Virus record (IMG/VR): IMGVR_UViG_3300010345_000473
From: an uncultured virus (IMG/VR IMGVR_UViG_3300010345_000473)
Taxonomy: Duplodnaviria; Heunggongvirae; Uroviricota; Caudoviricetes
Reading direction: 5' to 3' (one strand)
Length of the DNA: 58,845 bases
Of this stretch, positions 38,921-49,167 are shown piece by piece (position 1 is the stretch's first letter; each line of letters begins with the position of its first letter). A program made the translations under genes and the position numbers. Under the pieces are notes generated by a model. The model saw nothing but the letters and a program-made list of their open reading frames with translations. It was not told the origin of the DNA and ran no database searches.

Positions 38921-39724
38921 ATGCCAACGATTTGTCGGGATGGTGAAGTTTGTCTGGCAGTGAAAACCGATGTCATGGAAGTTATCATCCACAGTGGTAT
39001 CTATGAATACACCCAAGTCCAGAATCCTCGGCATCGGCCTACCACAGCGGAAATCATTTGGTCCATCGAGAAGCCTCCCTTCGATCTGCTGATGGACTTC
39101 CTTCTCACATCGGCCGAGGTATACAAACGATATCGGTCCGAAGTGACGAGCTGGGTTGTCCATAATACTACAACGGGTGATACATACACCAAATATCCGA
39201 AGCAAGAAGTTGCGTCAGCGATCTCCACGGGGATGATGTATGGGGAGAATCTTGCCGCCGATGAGATATTGCTCATTGTGATGCACAGTCATCACACGAT
39301 GAATATATCTTTCTCAGCCACTGATACTGCTGATGAGATGAAGACCGCAATGTTCCCGACCATCAACGTGGTGGTCAAAAATATCGACAACTTCTCGCTC
39401 CTCGATCCAGCAAAGAATGTGGACTGTCGATGTGCTTATATGGGCGGCTTCTATCCGCTGATGTGGACTGAGCTTTTTGCCGAACCAATCATTCCCGAAT
39501 GTGTGTGGACAAATATACAGAAGTTGAAGCCCAAACTTCCGTCAGTTCAGCCACATGCTATTGGTGTTAATCGATCTGTCACATTCACTCCAGATGACTC
39601 GTTCTTTGTGGGTGCGGAAACCGGAGCATATGATATGGATATGCCCACATTTCAGACATACGCCGACGATTTTGATGAGGACAATCGTCGACGTCCACCG
39701 AGACGTATGACCCATGAGAGGTGA
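38921..39724 (+). CDS. JAB/MPN+ metallo-isopeptidase (prokaryotic DUB-like)
   Basis: E..., P.QEV, MHSHHTMN..FS.TD..DE (HxH..S..D). Confidence 0.82.
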   Translation: MPTICRDGEVCLAVKTDVMEVIIHSGIYEYTQVQNPRHRPTTAEIIWSIEKPPFDLLMDFLLTSAEVYKRYRSEVTSWVVHNTTTGDTYTKYPKQEVASAISTGMMYGENLAADEILLIVMHSHHTMNISFSATDTADEMKTAMFPTINVVVKNIDNFSLLDPAKNVDCRCAYMGGFYPLMWTELFAEPIIPECVWTNIQKLKPKLPSVQPHAIGVNRSVTFTPDDSFFVGAETGAYDMDMPTFQTYADDFDEDNRRRPPRRMTHER

Positions 39725-39727
39725 GGA

Positions 39728-40408
39728 TTGCCCATGGGAATCAAACAGTATGCTCTTCTTACTGTACTTGATCGATACAACACCGCCGCCTCGTTATGGC
39801 GGAAACGTCACAATCCAAGCAACATTTGTGTGGTAAATATTGCATCATGTTTTGGGTGGAGCACAGATCCAACATATGCATATATTTCAGATGTTGTGAG
39901 CACAGATCCAACATATGCATATATTTCAGATGTTGTGAGCACAGATCCAACATATGCATATATTTCAGATGTTGTGAGTACTGTCACCGAGAGTCCATGT
40001 ACGTTTTGTGTATCTCGTAGTATCAAGGATGCTGTCGATGAGTTCAATGATGCAATTTTGTGGATGCTGGATGGTACAGATCTCACACCCGAAGAAAAAC
40101 AACAACTGATACACGACTCATCGCATCTCGATACATCGATGGTGGTGCTGGATGAAACCAGCGAAGTTCAAGTCGCTCTACATGACGCAATCGATACCAA
40201 TCAGGATATGAGTATTATCTCATCGAAGATTGGGAAACTTGCATCAAAAAAAGATGTTGGATCATTGTTCACAACCGGCAGAAAACAATTGTGTGTTGAC
40301 GAAACGGAGTCCTTTCAAAACGAACGACTTGCCTTGTTACAGGAAGCGTTTGAATCCACAAGTCCTCTTCCAATGGAGGCGATTCGTGTATGTTTGTCAA
40401 CTGTTTGA
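39728..40408 (+). CDS. hypothetical protein in Ubl cassette
   Basis: ORF between JAB and E2 with a 13-aa repeat. Confidence 0.55.
   Translation: MPMGIKQYALLTVLDRYNTAASLWRKRHNPSNICVVNIASCFGWSTDPTYAYISDVVSTDPTYAYISDVVSTDPTYAYISDVVSTVTESPCTFCVSRSIKDAVDEFNDAILWMLDGTDLTPEEKQQLIHDSSHLDTSMVVLDETSEVQVALHDAIDTNQDMSIISSKIGKLASKKDVGSLFTTGRKQLCVDETESFQNERLALLQEAFESTSPLPMEAIRVCLSTV
39860..39976. repeat. 39-bp exact tandem repeat x3 (STDPTYAYISDVV)
   Basis: AGCACAGATCCAACATATGCATATATTTCAGATGTTGTG x3. Confidence 0.92.
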
Positions 40409-41013
40409 AGCTGCTATACGACGATCCATCAGATGCGGCATCGACATCTTCTCCACTATGGACAAGAAAAATCTATCAGTCCATCAAACATGATGTGGCA
40501 TCAGATGTTGCATTAGAAGACACACTTTTACCAGTTGCTACACAATACATGCACATATTGGTAGACAGTGTTCGACAACAAGACCCATATTATGTTTTCA
40601 ACTGGCATGTTACGAACACGCTTCGCCGTCTCATGACAAACATCATCCTGTACTATGGTGTGTTTCTTGTGAAACCAGCCATGTCGGTGGATGACATGGC
40701 AAAGCTGATGTGCGCCGCAAGTACGAATAAAATTGTATCCTTTTTCATTAACACCCGGCAGGTGTACATCATTCCACCGATTATTCGGTCAACAAAAATA
40801 AGAGTGTGTGCCACTGTGTTCAAATATCTCATCAATGATATAAGATATCATAACACATATTCAAAGTTTGATAAAGACGCGTGTTTATTCGCATACGATA
40901 TGCTGATGTTGTGGCATCATATGCCAGATCAATTCTGTCATATGATGCTTGGTTTTGTCACGGCATGTGATTCAGCGGTAGCTGTGATGGAGGAGGCGCA
41001 ACAAAATGCGTGA
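40390..41013 (+). CDS. hypothetical protein in Ubl cassette
   Basis: Overlaps both neighbours; GGAGG RBS. Confidence 0.55.
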   Translation: MFVNCLKLLYDDPSDAASTSSPLWTRKIYQSIKHDVASDVALEDTLLPVATQYMHILVDSVRQQDPYYVFNWHVTNTLRRLMTNIILYYGVFLVKPAMSVDDMAKLMCAASTNKIVSFFINTRQVYIIPPIIRSTKIRVCATVFKYLINDIRYHNTYSKFDKDACLFAYDMLMLWHHMPDQFCHMMLGFVTACDSAVAVMEEAQQNA

Positions 41014-41845
41014 CCTCAGCGAAAAGACTCGAATTCCGTTAGTGACGATGGGGGAACATGATAATATCATCCCTATCGGGATTGCTGCTACCAACAGTTA
41101 TGCGCCCCATACCACCATGTCCATTCCGAAAGATGAATCGTGTTGTCGGGGGATTGTTGCACAATACAATGTCAACGCGTTCAACAAAGATGCGTCGGTA
41201 ATCATCCTGGATATATCCCCCGATCGGCTTGCGTGGTTTGTTCCCAAGCATCGTCGATGGATATACCACACATGCTATCCATTTCGGCCCACTCCACAGA
41301 AGGCTATTCTGTTGGTGGATATACCGCATTGTATCTTTGTAATGCCGTTGCGCGCGAGATTAATATCATCAAATTTTAAGTTGTACTCAATCTCCCAAAC
41401 GGGCAACAAAGTCATTCCATTTCCCTATGGGAATGTGTATGCGTCAGGACGTGTTTGTTGGGGTGAGCAGAGCAATTCCTTGTGGACTGTGTTTGAACGG
41501 TGTATGACTGCATCTCAGGTACCTAATATGTATGATTTGCAATACAATCTCGACACAGTGGCCACATATATGACGGAGTTTTTCTTCAGCTCTCCATTCA
41601 ACCGAGATCTTTCTCTGGAACCATGGAAGAATATTTTGGCAACACCAACACCTCCGAGAAAATGGGTACTGTACGCGTTGTATGGTTCGGCGGAAGACCT
41701 ATATGTTGGCGCGTTTCGGCGAGGTGAATTCAACGTCAATGACCTTGATGCATACATTGCAGAAACGGCGGGAAGGTATCGATATGTTATACCATACACC
41801 CGAACAGAAGTTCGACGACTTTACTACGCCAAGGATGGTGTGTGA
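41006..41845 (+). CDS. prokaryotic E2-like (Prok-E2 / PRTRC protein B-like) conjugating enzyme
   Basis: PFPYGNVYASGRVCWG and FFSSPFN.DL motifs. Confidence 0.75.
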   Translation: MRDLSEKTRIPLVTMGEHDNIIPIGIAATNSYAPHTTMSIPKDESCCRGIVAQYNVNAFNKDASVIILDISPDRLAWFVPKHRRWIYHTCYPFRPTPQKAILLVDIPHCIFVMPLRARLISSNFKLYSISQTGNKVIPFPYGNVYASGRVCWGEQSNSLWTVFERCMTASQVPNMYDLQYNLDTVATYMTEFFFSSPFNRDLSLEPWKNILATPTPPRKWVLYALYGSAEDLYVGAFRRGEFNVNDLDAYIAETAGRYRYVIPYTRTEVRRLYYAKDGV

Positions 41846-42822
41846 GAATGTCTGTTGCGCGTACGTGGTATGATTATAATGGAGCACTGATTCTTACGAG
41901 ATACCAACACGATCTCATCTCCAGGATGTATGCACAAGATGAGACCGAACCCCAGGTATGTGTCTGTTTCGATGGAGTACGAACACTTCGGTATCAACCA
42001 CCTCCTATCTGGGTGGACATCATTGATCCCAACACATGTGTGCCATATATTCGATTCGTTGATGACGAAGATGAACACCTTGGCGCATATCCAGTCACCA
42101 CCGAGCAGCTTGCGCTTATTCGGAAAAAGATTCCAGATCACAACATCGATGATATGATTGTGTATGTGACACCATACATCGATCAACTCATTCGAAATCG
42201 ATCCAAAATCGGTGTGGTGAATATGTCACATGATCTCTATCGAGATGTGGAGATGTCGTGTCGTCTTCGAGATCGTTCAGATGATCACCCCCACACACAA
42301 TTCATACCGTGGCAATATTCCTGGTACGGCAGATGGATAATGTTGGCCATTGATGCCTATAAACGGGATCAGCGTCGATATTGTGTTGTGGCAGAAAACA
42401 TCGCCCGACATATTCTGCGATACCTCAACATCATCGGGTCGAATTGTCGGTATTCAGTCTTTATCTTTATCGTGAATATGGATGCTGCCCGACCTAGATA
42501 TGTTACCGAAGTCATGGGATTCAGACGTGATGTCCCAACAAGCCAACAAGATAATATTAATCTATGGAAGGCGATCGGTCAGCGGGTTGAAGCTCTTGGC
42601 GAACCCATGGAGAAAATACCCATCATTCTTGATACACGAAAGATGCGGACGTTGTGGAACATCGTTCAACCAGAACGTTGCGAATCAAGTACACAAAGCA
42701 TCATTCGTACGCTTAATAAAGACCGTCGAGAGTTCTTTGGCCGAACTGTGCGCAATGTATTATGTTTGTTGCTTCACACACTGCTTGTCAAACATCACAG
42801 AGAAGGGGAGTTGTGCAAATGA
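41842..42822 (+). CDS. hypothetical protein
   Basis: 326-aa ORF coupled to E2 (GTGA overlap). Confidence 0.55.
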   Translation: MRMSVARTWYDYNGALILTRYQHDLISRMYAQDETEPQVCVCFDGVRTLRYQPPPIWVDIIDPNTCVPYIRFVDDEDEHLGAYPVTTEQLALIRKKIPDHNIDDMIVYVTPYIDQLIRNRSKIGVVNMSHDLYRDVEMSCRLRDRSDDHPHTQFIPWQYSWYGRWIMLAIDAYKRDQRRYCVVAENIARHILRYLNIIGSNCRYSVFIFIVNMDAARPRYVTEVMGFRRDVPTSQQDNINLWKAIGQRVEALGEPMEKIPIILDTRKMRTLWNIVQPERCESSTQSIIRTLNKDRREFFGRTVRNVLCLLLHTLLVKHHREGELCK

Positions 42823-43169
42823 ACAACGAAACGAATTGGACCAATCTTATGAATGAACTTCGCACCACTGTCGATGCGTTTTTGCAGACGGAAGTTATTC
42901 CGCAAATGGAGCAGATCCATTTCAAGAAGCTCAAGATCACTTATGTCCCCACCGAAGATGATGAGTTCGTCACGTATACTGCCACTGTGGCAGCGCATCA
43001 CGAAATGGTTTGGTGGTTGGCATCAACGCTCTGTGCGAAGCTTTGTAACAGTTTGAAACATGTGTCTGTTGTGGACCCAAATGTGAAACGTATTTCTCTC
43101 GCAACGAGTTGGAATGCGCGAGAGAACTGTCTCAACGATACGCAGATCAATGTGTATCGGACGGAGTGA
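42819..43169 (+). CDS. hypothetical protein
   Basis: ATGA overlap; GGGGAG RBS. Confidence 0.5.
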   Translation: MNNETNWTNLMNELRTTVDAFLQTEVIPQMEQIHFKKLKITYVPTEDDEFVTYTATVAAHHEMVWWLASTLCAKLCNSLKHVSVVDPNVKRISLATSWNARENCLNDTQINVYRTE

Positions 43170-43182
43170 GGAGGAAACTATC

Positions 43183-43776
43183 ATGACAACACTCACATCG
43201 CAGCAGATTCTTAACGCCATTTGCCCAGAGTCGATTGCGTGTGTTTGTCGGAGTGAGAATGTCCTCACTCCTGTGGGACATCAACTACATCTGAAAGCCA
43301 CTCTTCCCAGCAGACAGGGACATGATCCCGACACCCATGTGAATGCGCAGTGTTGGGATCTCAGCGCATACATTTCGCCCGATGATGATCCCATGGTGAA
43401 ATGGGTAGCACATGGCACAAACGAATACACAATCCTCAACATCCCACCGAAACAACGAGTCGTTGTGCATACTGGGTTGATGATTCAGTTCCCGCCGCAT
43501 ATGGGCGCAGTGATTCGACCTCGGTCGGGACTCGCGGCTCGACATGGTATCATGGTTCTGGGTGGAGAGATCGATCCCGCCTACCGCGGCGAGATCATGG
43601 TGGTACTCTACAACTCGGATGACAAGGAGTTCACCATCAGCCATGGGATGCGTGTTGCTCAGATGCGATTGGTTCTGTGCTGGGATGCACTCCGATCCAA
43701 TTCGTTGTTTACTGAAACGACGATGATGGATGTTACCGAACGAGGGGAACATGGGTTCGGAAGCAGTGGCCTCTGA
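43183..43776 (+). CDS. dut: trimeric dUTPase
   Basis: RPRSGLAARHG, GEIDPAYRGEI, RVAQM, RGEHGFGSSG. Confidence 0.93.
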   Translation: MTTLTSQQILNAICPESIACVCRSENVLTPVGHQLHLKATLPSRQGHDPDTHVNAQCWDLSAYISPDDDPMVKWVAHGTNEYTILNIPPKQRVVVHTGLMIQFPPHMGAVIRPRSGLAARHGIMVLGGEIDPAYRGEIMVVLYNSDDKEFTISHGMRVAQMRLVLCWDALRSNSLFTETTMMDVTERGEHGFGSSGL

Positions 43777-43802
43777 CCTTCTGGAAGGGGTTGAGGGTGT
43801 AG

Positions 43803-46097
43803 ATGAAATATAAAATCCTATATGAGCACCCCGTCACCAATGTACCAACACTCGATACAATCAGGTTAAAACGTAGAATTCGATTTGATGATCATGCGTA
43901 CAACACGATGGACACCGAATGGATGCATGCTGTGTCGCAAATGCATAACACTGTAATCCAGGAAGAATGTACACGAGAATTGTACTATATCTATCGGGAG
44001 TCTGATGGTATGCTTGGTGGCCTGGTTGAGGGTCCACACAATCTCAGCCAGGATGGATCGTGTTGGATTGCACCGAACGCCGCGGTATTTGGTTCCGCAC
44101 GTGTGACTGATGATGCAGTTGTGGGCAACATGGAATTTAACTGGTACCACATCGATGATGTGATGTTGCCCACCGTGGAGGCTGATCGACTTGCGTGGAT
44201 ACGTGGCCAGCTTCTTGTGGGCGACGGTGTTCATATTTCGGATACGGCAAAGGTCTATGTCATCCCAGAAGTCGCTCAGGTGAATGGACCTCCCATCGAA
44301 TGTGAGTGTGGTGCCACGTTTTGTGGGTACATTGGCACCACAGCAGAATCCATGGTTTGGTCTGATCGTTTAGCACAAAAAGCGATCATCAAAATCAAAG
44401 ACAATGCAGTTGTTGGTATCGATAACCGCATCAATATGGATGCTGTAAAACAACCGGTGTGCGATATGACATCGACATCATTACCACGGACTTTGGAGTT
44501 TGGGGAATATCTACACCCAACCCTCATTATGGTGGGAAGTCTGTCGGAATTCAGCAAAAACACATTTGACAGTTTTCGGGTGATGGTGTTTCCGCATCTT
44601 ACCATTGGAAAAGATGCACGATTGGTAGGAACCTCTATCCTTCATATGATGAGTCCCGTCATACATACACTCGGTCGATGTACGACGATGATCGACTCGT
44701 GTGTTGATTCTGAATTAACGTTTCATCATATGTCGGCGGTGGAGTCAACGTTTACCCATCGGTGGCATGTGTCTGCACAAAATCAAGTTGATACACAACG
44801 GAATATGGATGTGGACATCTTGGATGATGCGGTGGAGTACACCGCATCATACATATACAAAAACGTGCAGATTGTCAACTCATCGATGGGTATTCTATAT
44901 CCGGTGATACGTTATATGTATCCACATGATGGCGATGTGTCTACAACCATATCAAGTGGAATCAAAGGGTCGGATCCAGATCACAAGCTTGAGATTGCGA
45001 ACTCAGTTTTTCTCGGGTCGGTACACCAACCATTTTGCGGAACTGGGTATCTGGATGGATGTCTAGTCATAAACTCATCCACATCCATCCAGTCACATGT
45101 TGAACTGATGGACACGAAGTTGCTTGGTGTGGATTTCATGGGGACGATGCGTGCACACACATCAACACTCACATGTTGTACAACCGACGTCCTTCCGCGG
45201 TTTGTTATTCGTGGTGCTCTGAGATTGACCGACACGACATTGTCAGCAGAACGGTCCAACACAAAGCTTTTAGGCAGGTTCAGTATGCGCAATGTGAAGA
45301 CTCGGCTTGTAGACGATGTCCGATCGAAAAATGGTGTTCTCGAAAACATGCATTGGCCCGAGATTGGTCCTATAGTAATGAATAAAGTCACACGATTGGG
45401 ATATCGAGGAAGATCCACCAATAACGGTACAGTTGTACCCGATGGATGTACGGGATGTCTGATGGATGCGGATCCATCATTGATAGATCATCCGAATCGT
45501 GCACCAATTTCGTGTGTAGTAAAAACCCGATGTGTTTTTGGTACACGAGAAGATCGCGCCCTACGTAAACTCAGACTACAAATCCCAGCAGATGTGTATC
45601 CATACTTTCATATTAATTTTATTTGGGAACTATGGTCGTTTTTCCGAATCACAGGAACAATGCGGACCACATTACATGCCATAGTTCCCATTCGGCGGAA
45701 AGCTGATGGATCAATAGTCACGGCGGACATTCATGAGATTCCAGTACATGTGGGCAAACCAATAACATTTTACAAGACAAAACTTCCCACCGTCGATCAG
45801 ACACTTTTATCGTTTTCCAGAGCGATACATGCTATATTTATTACCGAGGAGGATGATACCCCCATTCCGATGCCCAACGATCATGGTTTGGCATATGTTC
45901 GGTGGAACCGATTGGATGTTATGTATATTCCTGAGTGCTACACTGTGCAGCTATCAGCAATGTGGGGTAAAGATTTGTGCGCGAATCCAAACCCACGGAT
46001 TCGGATTGATCTGTATGGATGCGTTCCCTACAAGATTATGTTTCCTGACGAAACGGGCAATTGCCTTCCGCCCACGCATCTGAAAGGAGCGAAGTAA
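43803..46097 (+). CDS. large protein with beta-solenoid (YdcK/hexapeptide-like) N-terminus
   Basis: GGLVE..NLSQDGSCWI...A.VFG.ARV..DA.V pattern. Confidence 0.55.
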   Translation: MKYKILYEHPVTNVPTLDTIRLKRRIRFDDHAYNTMDTEWMHAVSQMHNTVIQEECTRELYYIYRESDGMLGGLVEGPHNLSQDGSCWIAPNAAVFGSARVTDDAVVGNMEFNWYHIDDVMLPTVEADRLAWIRGQLLVGDGVHISDTAKVYVIPEVAQVNGPPIECECGATFCGYIGTTAESMVWSDRLAQKAIIKIKDNAVVGIDNRINMDAVKQPVCDMTSTSLPRTLEFGEYLHPTLIMVGSLSEFSKNTFDSFRVMVFPHLTIGKDARLVGTSILHMMSPVIHTLGRCTTMIDSCVDSELTFHHMSAVESTFTHRWHVSAQNQVDTQRNMDVDILDDAVEYTASYIYKNVQIVNSSMGILYPVIRYMYPHDGDVSTTISSGIKGSDPDHKLEIANSVFLGSVHQPFCGTGYLDGCLVINSSTSIQSHVELMDTKLLGVDFMGTMRAHTSTLTCCTTDVLPRFVIRGALRLTDTTLSAERSNTKLLGRFSMRNVKTRLVDDVRSKNGVLENMHWPEIGPIVMNKVTRLGYRGRSTNNGTVVPDGCTGCLMDADPSLIDHPNRAPISCVVKTRCVFGTREDRALRKLRLQIPADVYPYFHINFIWELWSFFRITGTMRTTLHAIVPIRRKADGSIVTADIHEIPVHVGKPITFYKTKLPTVDQTLLSFSRAIHAIFITEEDDTPIPMPNDHGLAYVRWNRLDVMYIPECYTVQLSAMWGKDLCANPNPRIRIDLYGCVPYKIMFPDETGNCLPPTHLKGAK

Positions 46098-46098
46098 G

Positions 46099-46389
46099 AT
46101 GACCGACGAAGAACTGTACAACACAATGACCGAGGAAGAGGAACGTGAATGCAAGCAGACTCTTGACGATATGGGCTTTTGTCTTGGATGCCCTTTGTTG
46201 TTGGTGTCACATGGCGCACGAGATACGTTTGGGGTACCACTCGATCCAACGACCATGGATTGCCCCGTGGACTTTGATATGGCGGATGCAGGGTGTGCAC
46301 AGTATGATGATTGGTGGCAGCATGCGGTGGATTTCATTCGCTTCAATAGAAGCAAGAACGAGGAGGATAAAACGAATGAAATATGTTAA
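46099..46389 (+). CDS. small Cys-rich protein (paralogue of next)
   Basis: MTDEEL..CLGCP...CPVDF..ADAGC.QY. Confidence 0.55.
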   Translation: MTDEELYNTMTEEEERECKQTLDDMGFCLGCPLLLVSHGARDTFGVPLDPTTMDCPVDFDMADAGCAQYDDWWQHAVDFIRFNRSKNEEDKTNEIC

Positions 46390-46554
46390 CGTACAGATTT
46401 CTGGGTGTTCGAAACCTAGTAAGTCGCACTTTCCGATGAGGAAATACTCAGACGGCTGCTTGCTCAACTACCGGCAGATATACCCGAGGGAGTCGAGCTG
46501 CTCTCTTATGAGGAGATGTTGGCCAACATACCAGAGCAGCGGCGTGTGGGTAGG

Positions 46555-46893
46555 ATGACTGATGCGGAACTTGTGTCCACAATCACCGACGAAGAAACTC
46601 GATTATATGCGTTGCGATATGACTTCATTGAGAAGTGTGGTGCGTGCCCGAAGTTGTCCATTTTGCATGATACACCGAGTCCATTTCATGCACCATTTAA
46701 TTTTGATAACATCGATGAGGAGCGGGCATTCCTATTGAGTCAACTGTTTGGGCCCGATGTTACAGTGACATGTCCAGTGAGCTTCAATACCGCGGATGCA
46801 CACTGTATACAGTATAATATGGCCGATGTCGTTGCATTCCTTCGATTCATGAGGGGTTCGATTTCGCCGGAAGAGTGTGGTGAGACTATATGA
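46555..46893 (+). CDS. small Cys-rich protein
   Basis: MTDAEL..CGACP...CPVSF..ADAHC.QY. Confidence 0.55.
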   Translation: MTDAELVSTITDEETRLYALRYDFIEKCGACPKLSILHDTPSPFHAPFNFDNIDEERAFLLSQLFGPDVTVTCPVSFNTADAHCIQYNMADVVAFLRFMRGSISPEECGETI

Positions 46894-47741
46894 GATCGAG
46901 GCACAAGAACAGAATGTTTAATCAGTTTATGGCAACAATTGCGAATATGGAGAAAGGTGTCAGCAACGCAAGCCCTAACAAAGGAGTGTGTCATTCTATG
47001 GAGAATAACAATAACGATCTTCTTATGAAGGCGATTCATCGGGTGGAGCAGCGACTTGATGCTATGGAGCAGCGAATGAATGTGAGTCTTGGGAAGCCGA
47101 AGGATGTTGTTATTCCTGACGTGCCCACCGTATCCATCAAGTATGTGGACCACCCTGGACATACATGTTGTAAACATGTTCATGGTTCCACCGAACGATG
47201 CAAGAATGAGTTTGGTCGGATGGTGGTACCCTCAAATGGACAGGAACGATGGATTAAGCTACCTCGGGGACTTGTCTGTAAAGCTATGGTGCGTCAACAT
47301 CCTGGTGCTAGTGTTGATGTGACGTACATCTGCATCAACAACCATGATCAAATTATTGCGATTCGTGGATCTACTGGAGAGGAGGTCAAAGTCGATGTGA
47401 ATCCGAAGCCTGTTGATCTGAATCAAAGTGAGCAAGAGACCACCGAACTAGTCACACCTGGTGTGTATACGGTTGTGCATAAGAACGATGGCATCCAAGC
47501 GCATGCACTTCAGTGGACGGATGGGAACATCAAAAGCGTTGTTCGTTTTCTTCGGCGAGATAGGACCAATATGCCGTTTCGCGCATACACCATGGATTCA
47601 GCGCTTGGACTTCTGAATACACTCACCAACGTCATGACGTTATTTGAGGTGGGTGATTGGATTCTTGTGGATGTGCTGCATATGAGTATCATGAAGCAGA
47701 CAAACGCGCAGCTTCAAAACGACTGGCGTTGTATTGACTGA
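46890..47741 (+). CDS. hypothetical phage protein
   Basis: C-terminal ALQWTDGN...GDWILV domain is duplicated in the next gene. Confidence 0.55.
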   Translation: MRSRHKNRMFNQFMATIANMEKGVSNASPNKGVCHSMENNNNDLLMKAIHRVEQRLDAMEQRMNVSLGKPKDVVIPDVPTVSIKYVDHPGHTCCKHVHGSTERCKNEFGRMVVPSNGQERWIKLPRGLVCKAMVRQHPGASVDVTYICINNHDQIIAIRGSTGEEVKVDVNPKPVDLNQSEQETTELVTPGVYTVVHKNDGIQAHALQWTDGNIKSVVRFLRRDRTNMPFRAYTMDSALGLLNTLTNVMTLFEVGDWILVDVLHMSIMKQTNAQLQNDWRCID

Positions 47742-47761
47742 TATGGAAAGGATCCCATCAA

Positions 47762-48049
47762 ATGGCTCGTCAACTCGAAGTCGGTCATAACTACCTTGGA
47801 ATCCGCGCATCTGCACTCCAGTGGACTGGTGACAACATTAATGCCGTGGAACGCTTTCTTAAACGGCATGAATTGGACATATCGTTTCGTATCGACAAAA
47901 CATCAACAACGCTTGGTCTTCTAGATATGCGTGCGGTTACTATGATGTTGTTTGATACCAGTGATTGGATTCTTGTGGAGGTGAATCACAAGAATGTTAT
48001 GAAGCAGACAAACGCGCAGCTTCAAAACGACTGGCGCGTCATCAACTAG
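47762..48049 (+). CDS. hypothetical phage protein (stand-alone copy of preceding domain)
   Basis: ALQWTGDN...DWILV...MKQTNAQLQNDWR. Confidence 0.6.
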   Translation: MARQLEVGHNYLGIRASALQWTGDNINAVERFLKRHELDISFRIDKTSTTLGLLDMRAVTMMLFDTSDWILVEVNHKNVMKQTNAQLQNDWRVIN

Positions 48050-48069
48050 ACACGAAAGGATGGATAACA

Positions 48070-49167
48070 ATGACGTCGCAGTTTAACGAAAAAGAGCTGC
48101 TTGATCGCATTGATCGTCTTCGTGTTATGATGGATGACACATCGTTGAGGAGCTCGAAGATGTATATCGAGATTGGCAAAACGATACGAAAACTTCGTTG
48201 TGATCTTGGGTTGTCGACGTACAAGTTTGCCTGTATGTGCGAACGATCGATCTCGTGTGTATCGAGGTGGGAGACAGGGTTCAACATTCCAGGTTCGCGG
48301 AGTCGTCGTTATATCATTGATTGTATGAAGAACCGTGTACTGGAATTGACAAAATCAATCGATACGAATAAAGTTTCATCGGCTTCGCAGACTGTAACAA
48401 CTGATGAACCTATGCAAATCACCGCATCTTCGTTGGTTCTTAATTCTGTACAGAAGGCGCATCAGTTGCTTGTTGATGGCATGGTCGATGGCTATGGTGT
48501 TGGACAGATCATTGTACAACGAGCAATCGAATTGCTTCATCAGGCCAACATTGTCGAAGAGACTGAAACTCCTCAAACCAGTTCTCCGAGGACTCATATG
48601 CCGGTCACAAATAAATCATATGTCCCGTCGTCCAAGAACACAACGCTTGTCCACGATCGATATCGGAATCAATATGTGGCAGTGCTACCCCGCCAGAATA
48701 TGACAGATGATGATTTTTGCCCCACAGATCGATTTGAAGCATATGCTGTGGTCCCTCGTGGCGAGGAAATCACCACGGCAAAATACACCGTACAACTCGA
48801 TCCTGAATCATATCAGCCAAAAATGTCCGAGATCATTGTGATCGATGTGGAGGACATGGCATATTTTTCTGGGGAACGATGGATGCATGAGGAACTGGTG
48901 TTTAGTACCATCGCATATGAATGGCTCAAAATATCGTCGTTGAATCAGTTTTGTGATCAGCTACGGCGAGCCAATCCCGCAGTGCTTGTCAATCCGTTCC
49001 CTAAGTTTGAGACGGATGCGGAACGAGATTCTGCACTGATCGGGGCGTGGAATCGGTTGTCTGACTACCGGGAGAAGAGAACCATGTTGGCGATGCGGAA
49101 ACTCGCCGTAACGAAAGATCGATCCGGATGTATGTATGATGCCGATTTGGCGGTGTGTGAGGAGTGA
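48070..49167 (+). CDS. XRE-family HTH domain protein
   Basis: IGKTIRKLRCDLGLSTYKFA.......VSRWETG..IP. Confidence 0.7.
   Translation: MTSQFNEKELLDRIDRLRVMMDDTSLRSSKMYIEIGKTIRKLRCDLGLSTYKFACMCERSISCVSRWETGFNIPGSRSRRYIIDCMKNRVLELTKSIDTNKVSSASQTVTTDEPMQITASSLVLNSVQKAHQLLVDGMVDGYGVGQIIVQRAIELLHQANIVEETETPQTSSPRTHMPVTNKSYVPSSKNTTLVHDRYRNQYVAVLPRQNMTDDDFCPTDRFEAYAVVPRGEEITTAKYTVQLDPESYQPKMSEIIVIDVEDMAYFSGERWMHEELVFSTIAYEWLKISSLNQFCDQLRRANPAVLVNPFPKFETDAERDSALIGAWNRLSDYREKRTMLAMRKLAVTKDRSGCMYDADLAVCEE

Noticed and set aside
32885..39976. 51-bp and 39-bp repeats as CRISPR arrays
   Set aside because: They are head-to-tail units without unique spacers, their lengths are multiples of 3, and they lie inside ORFs.
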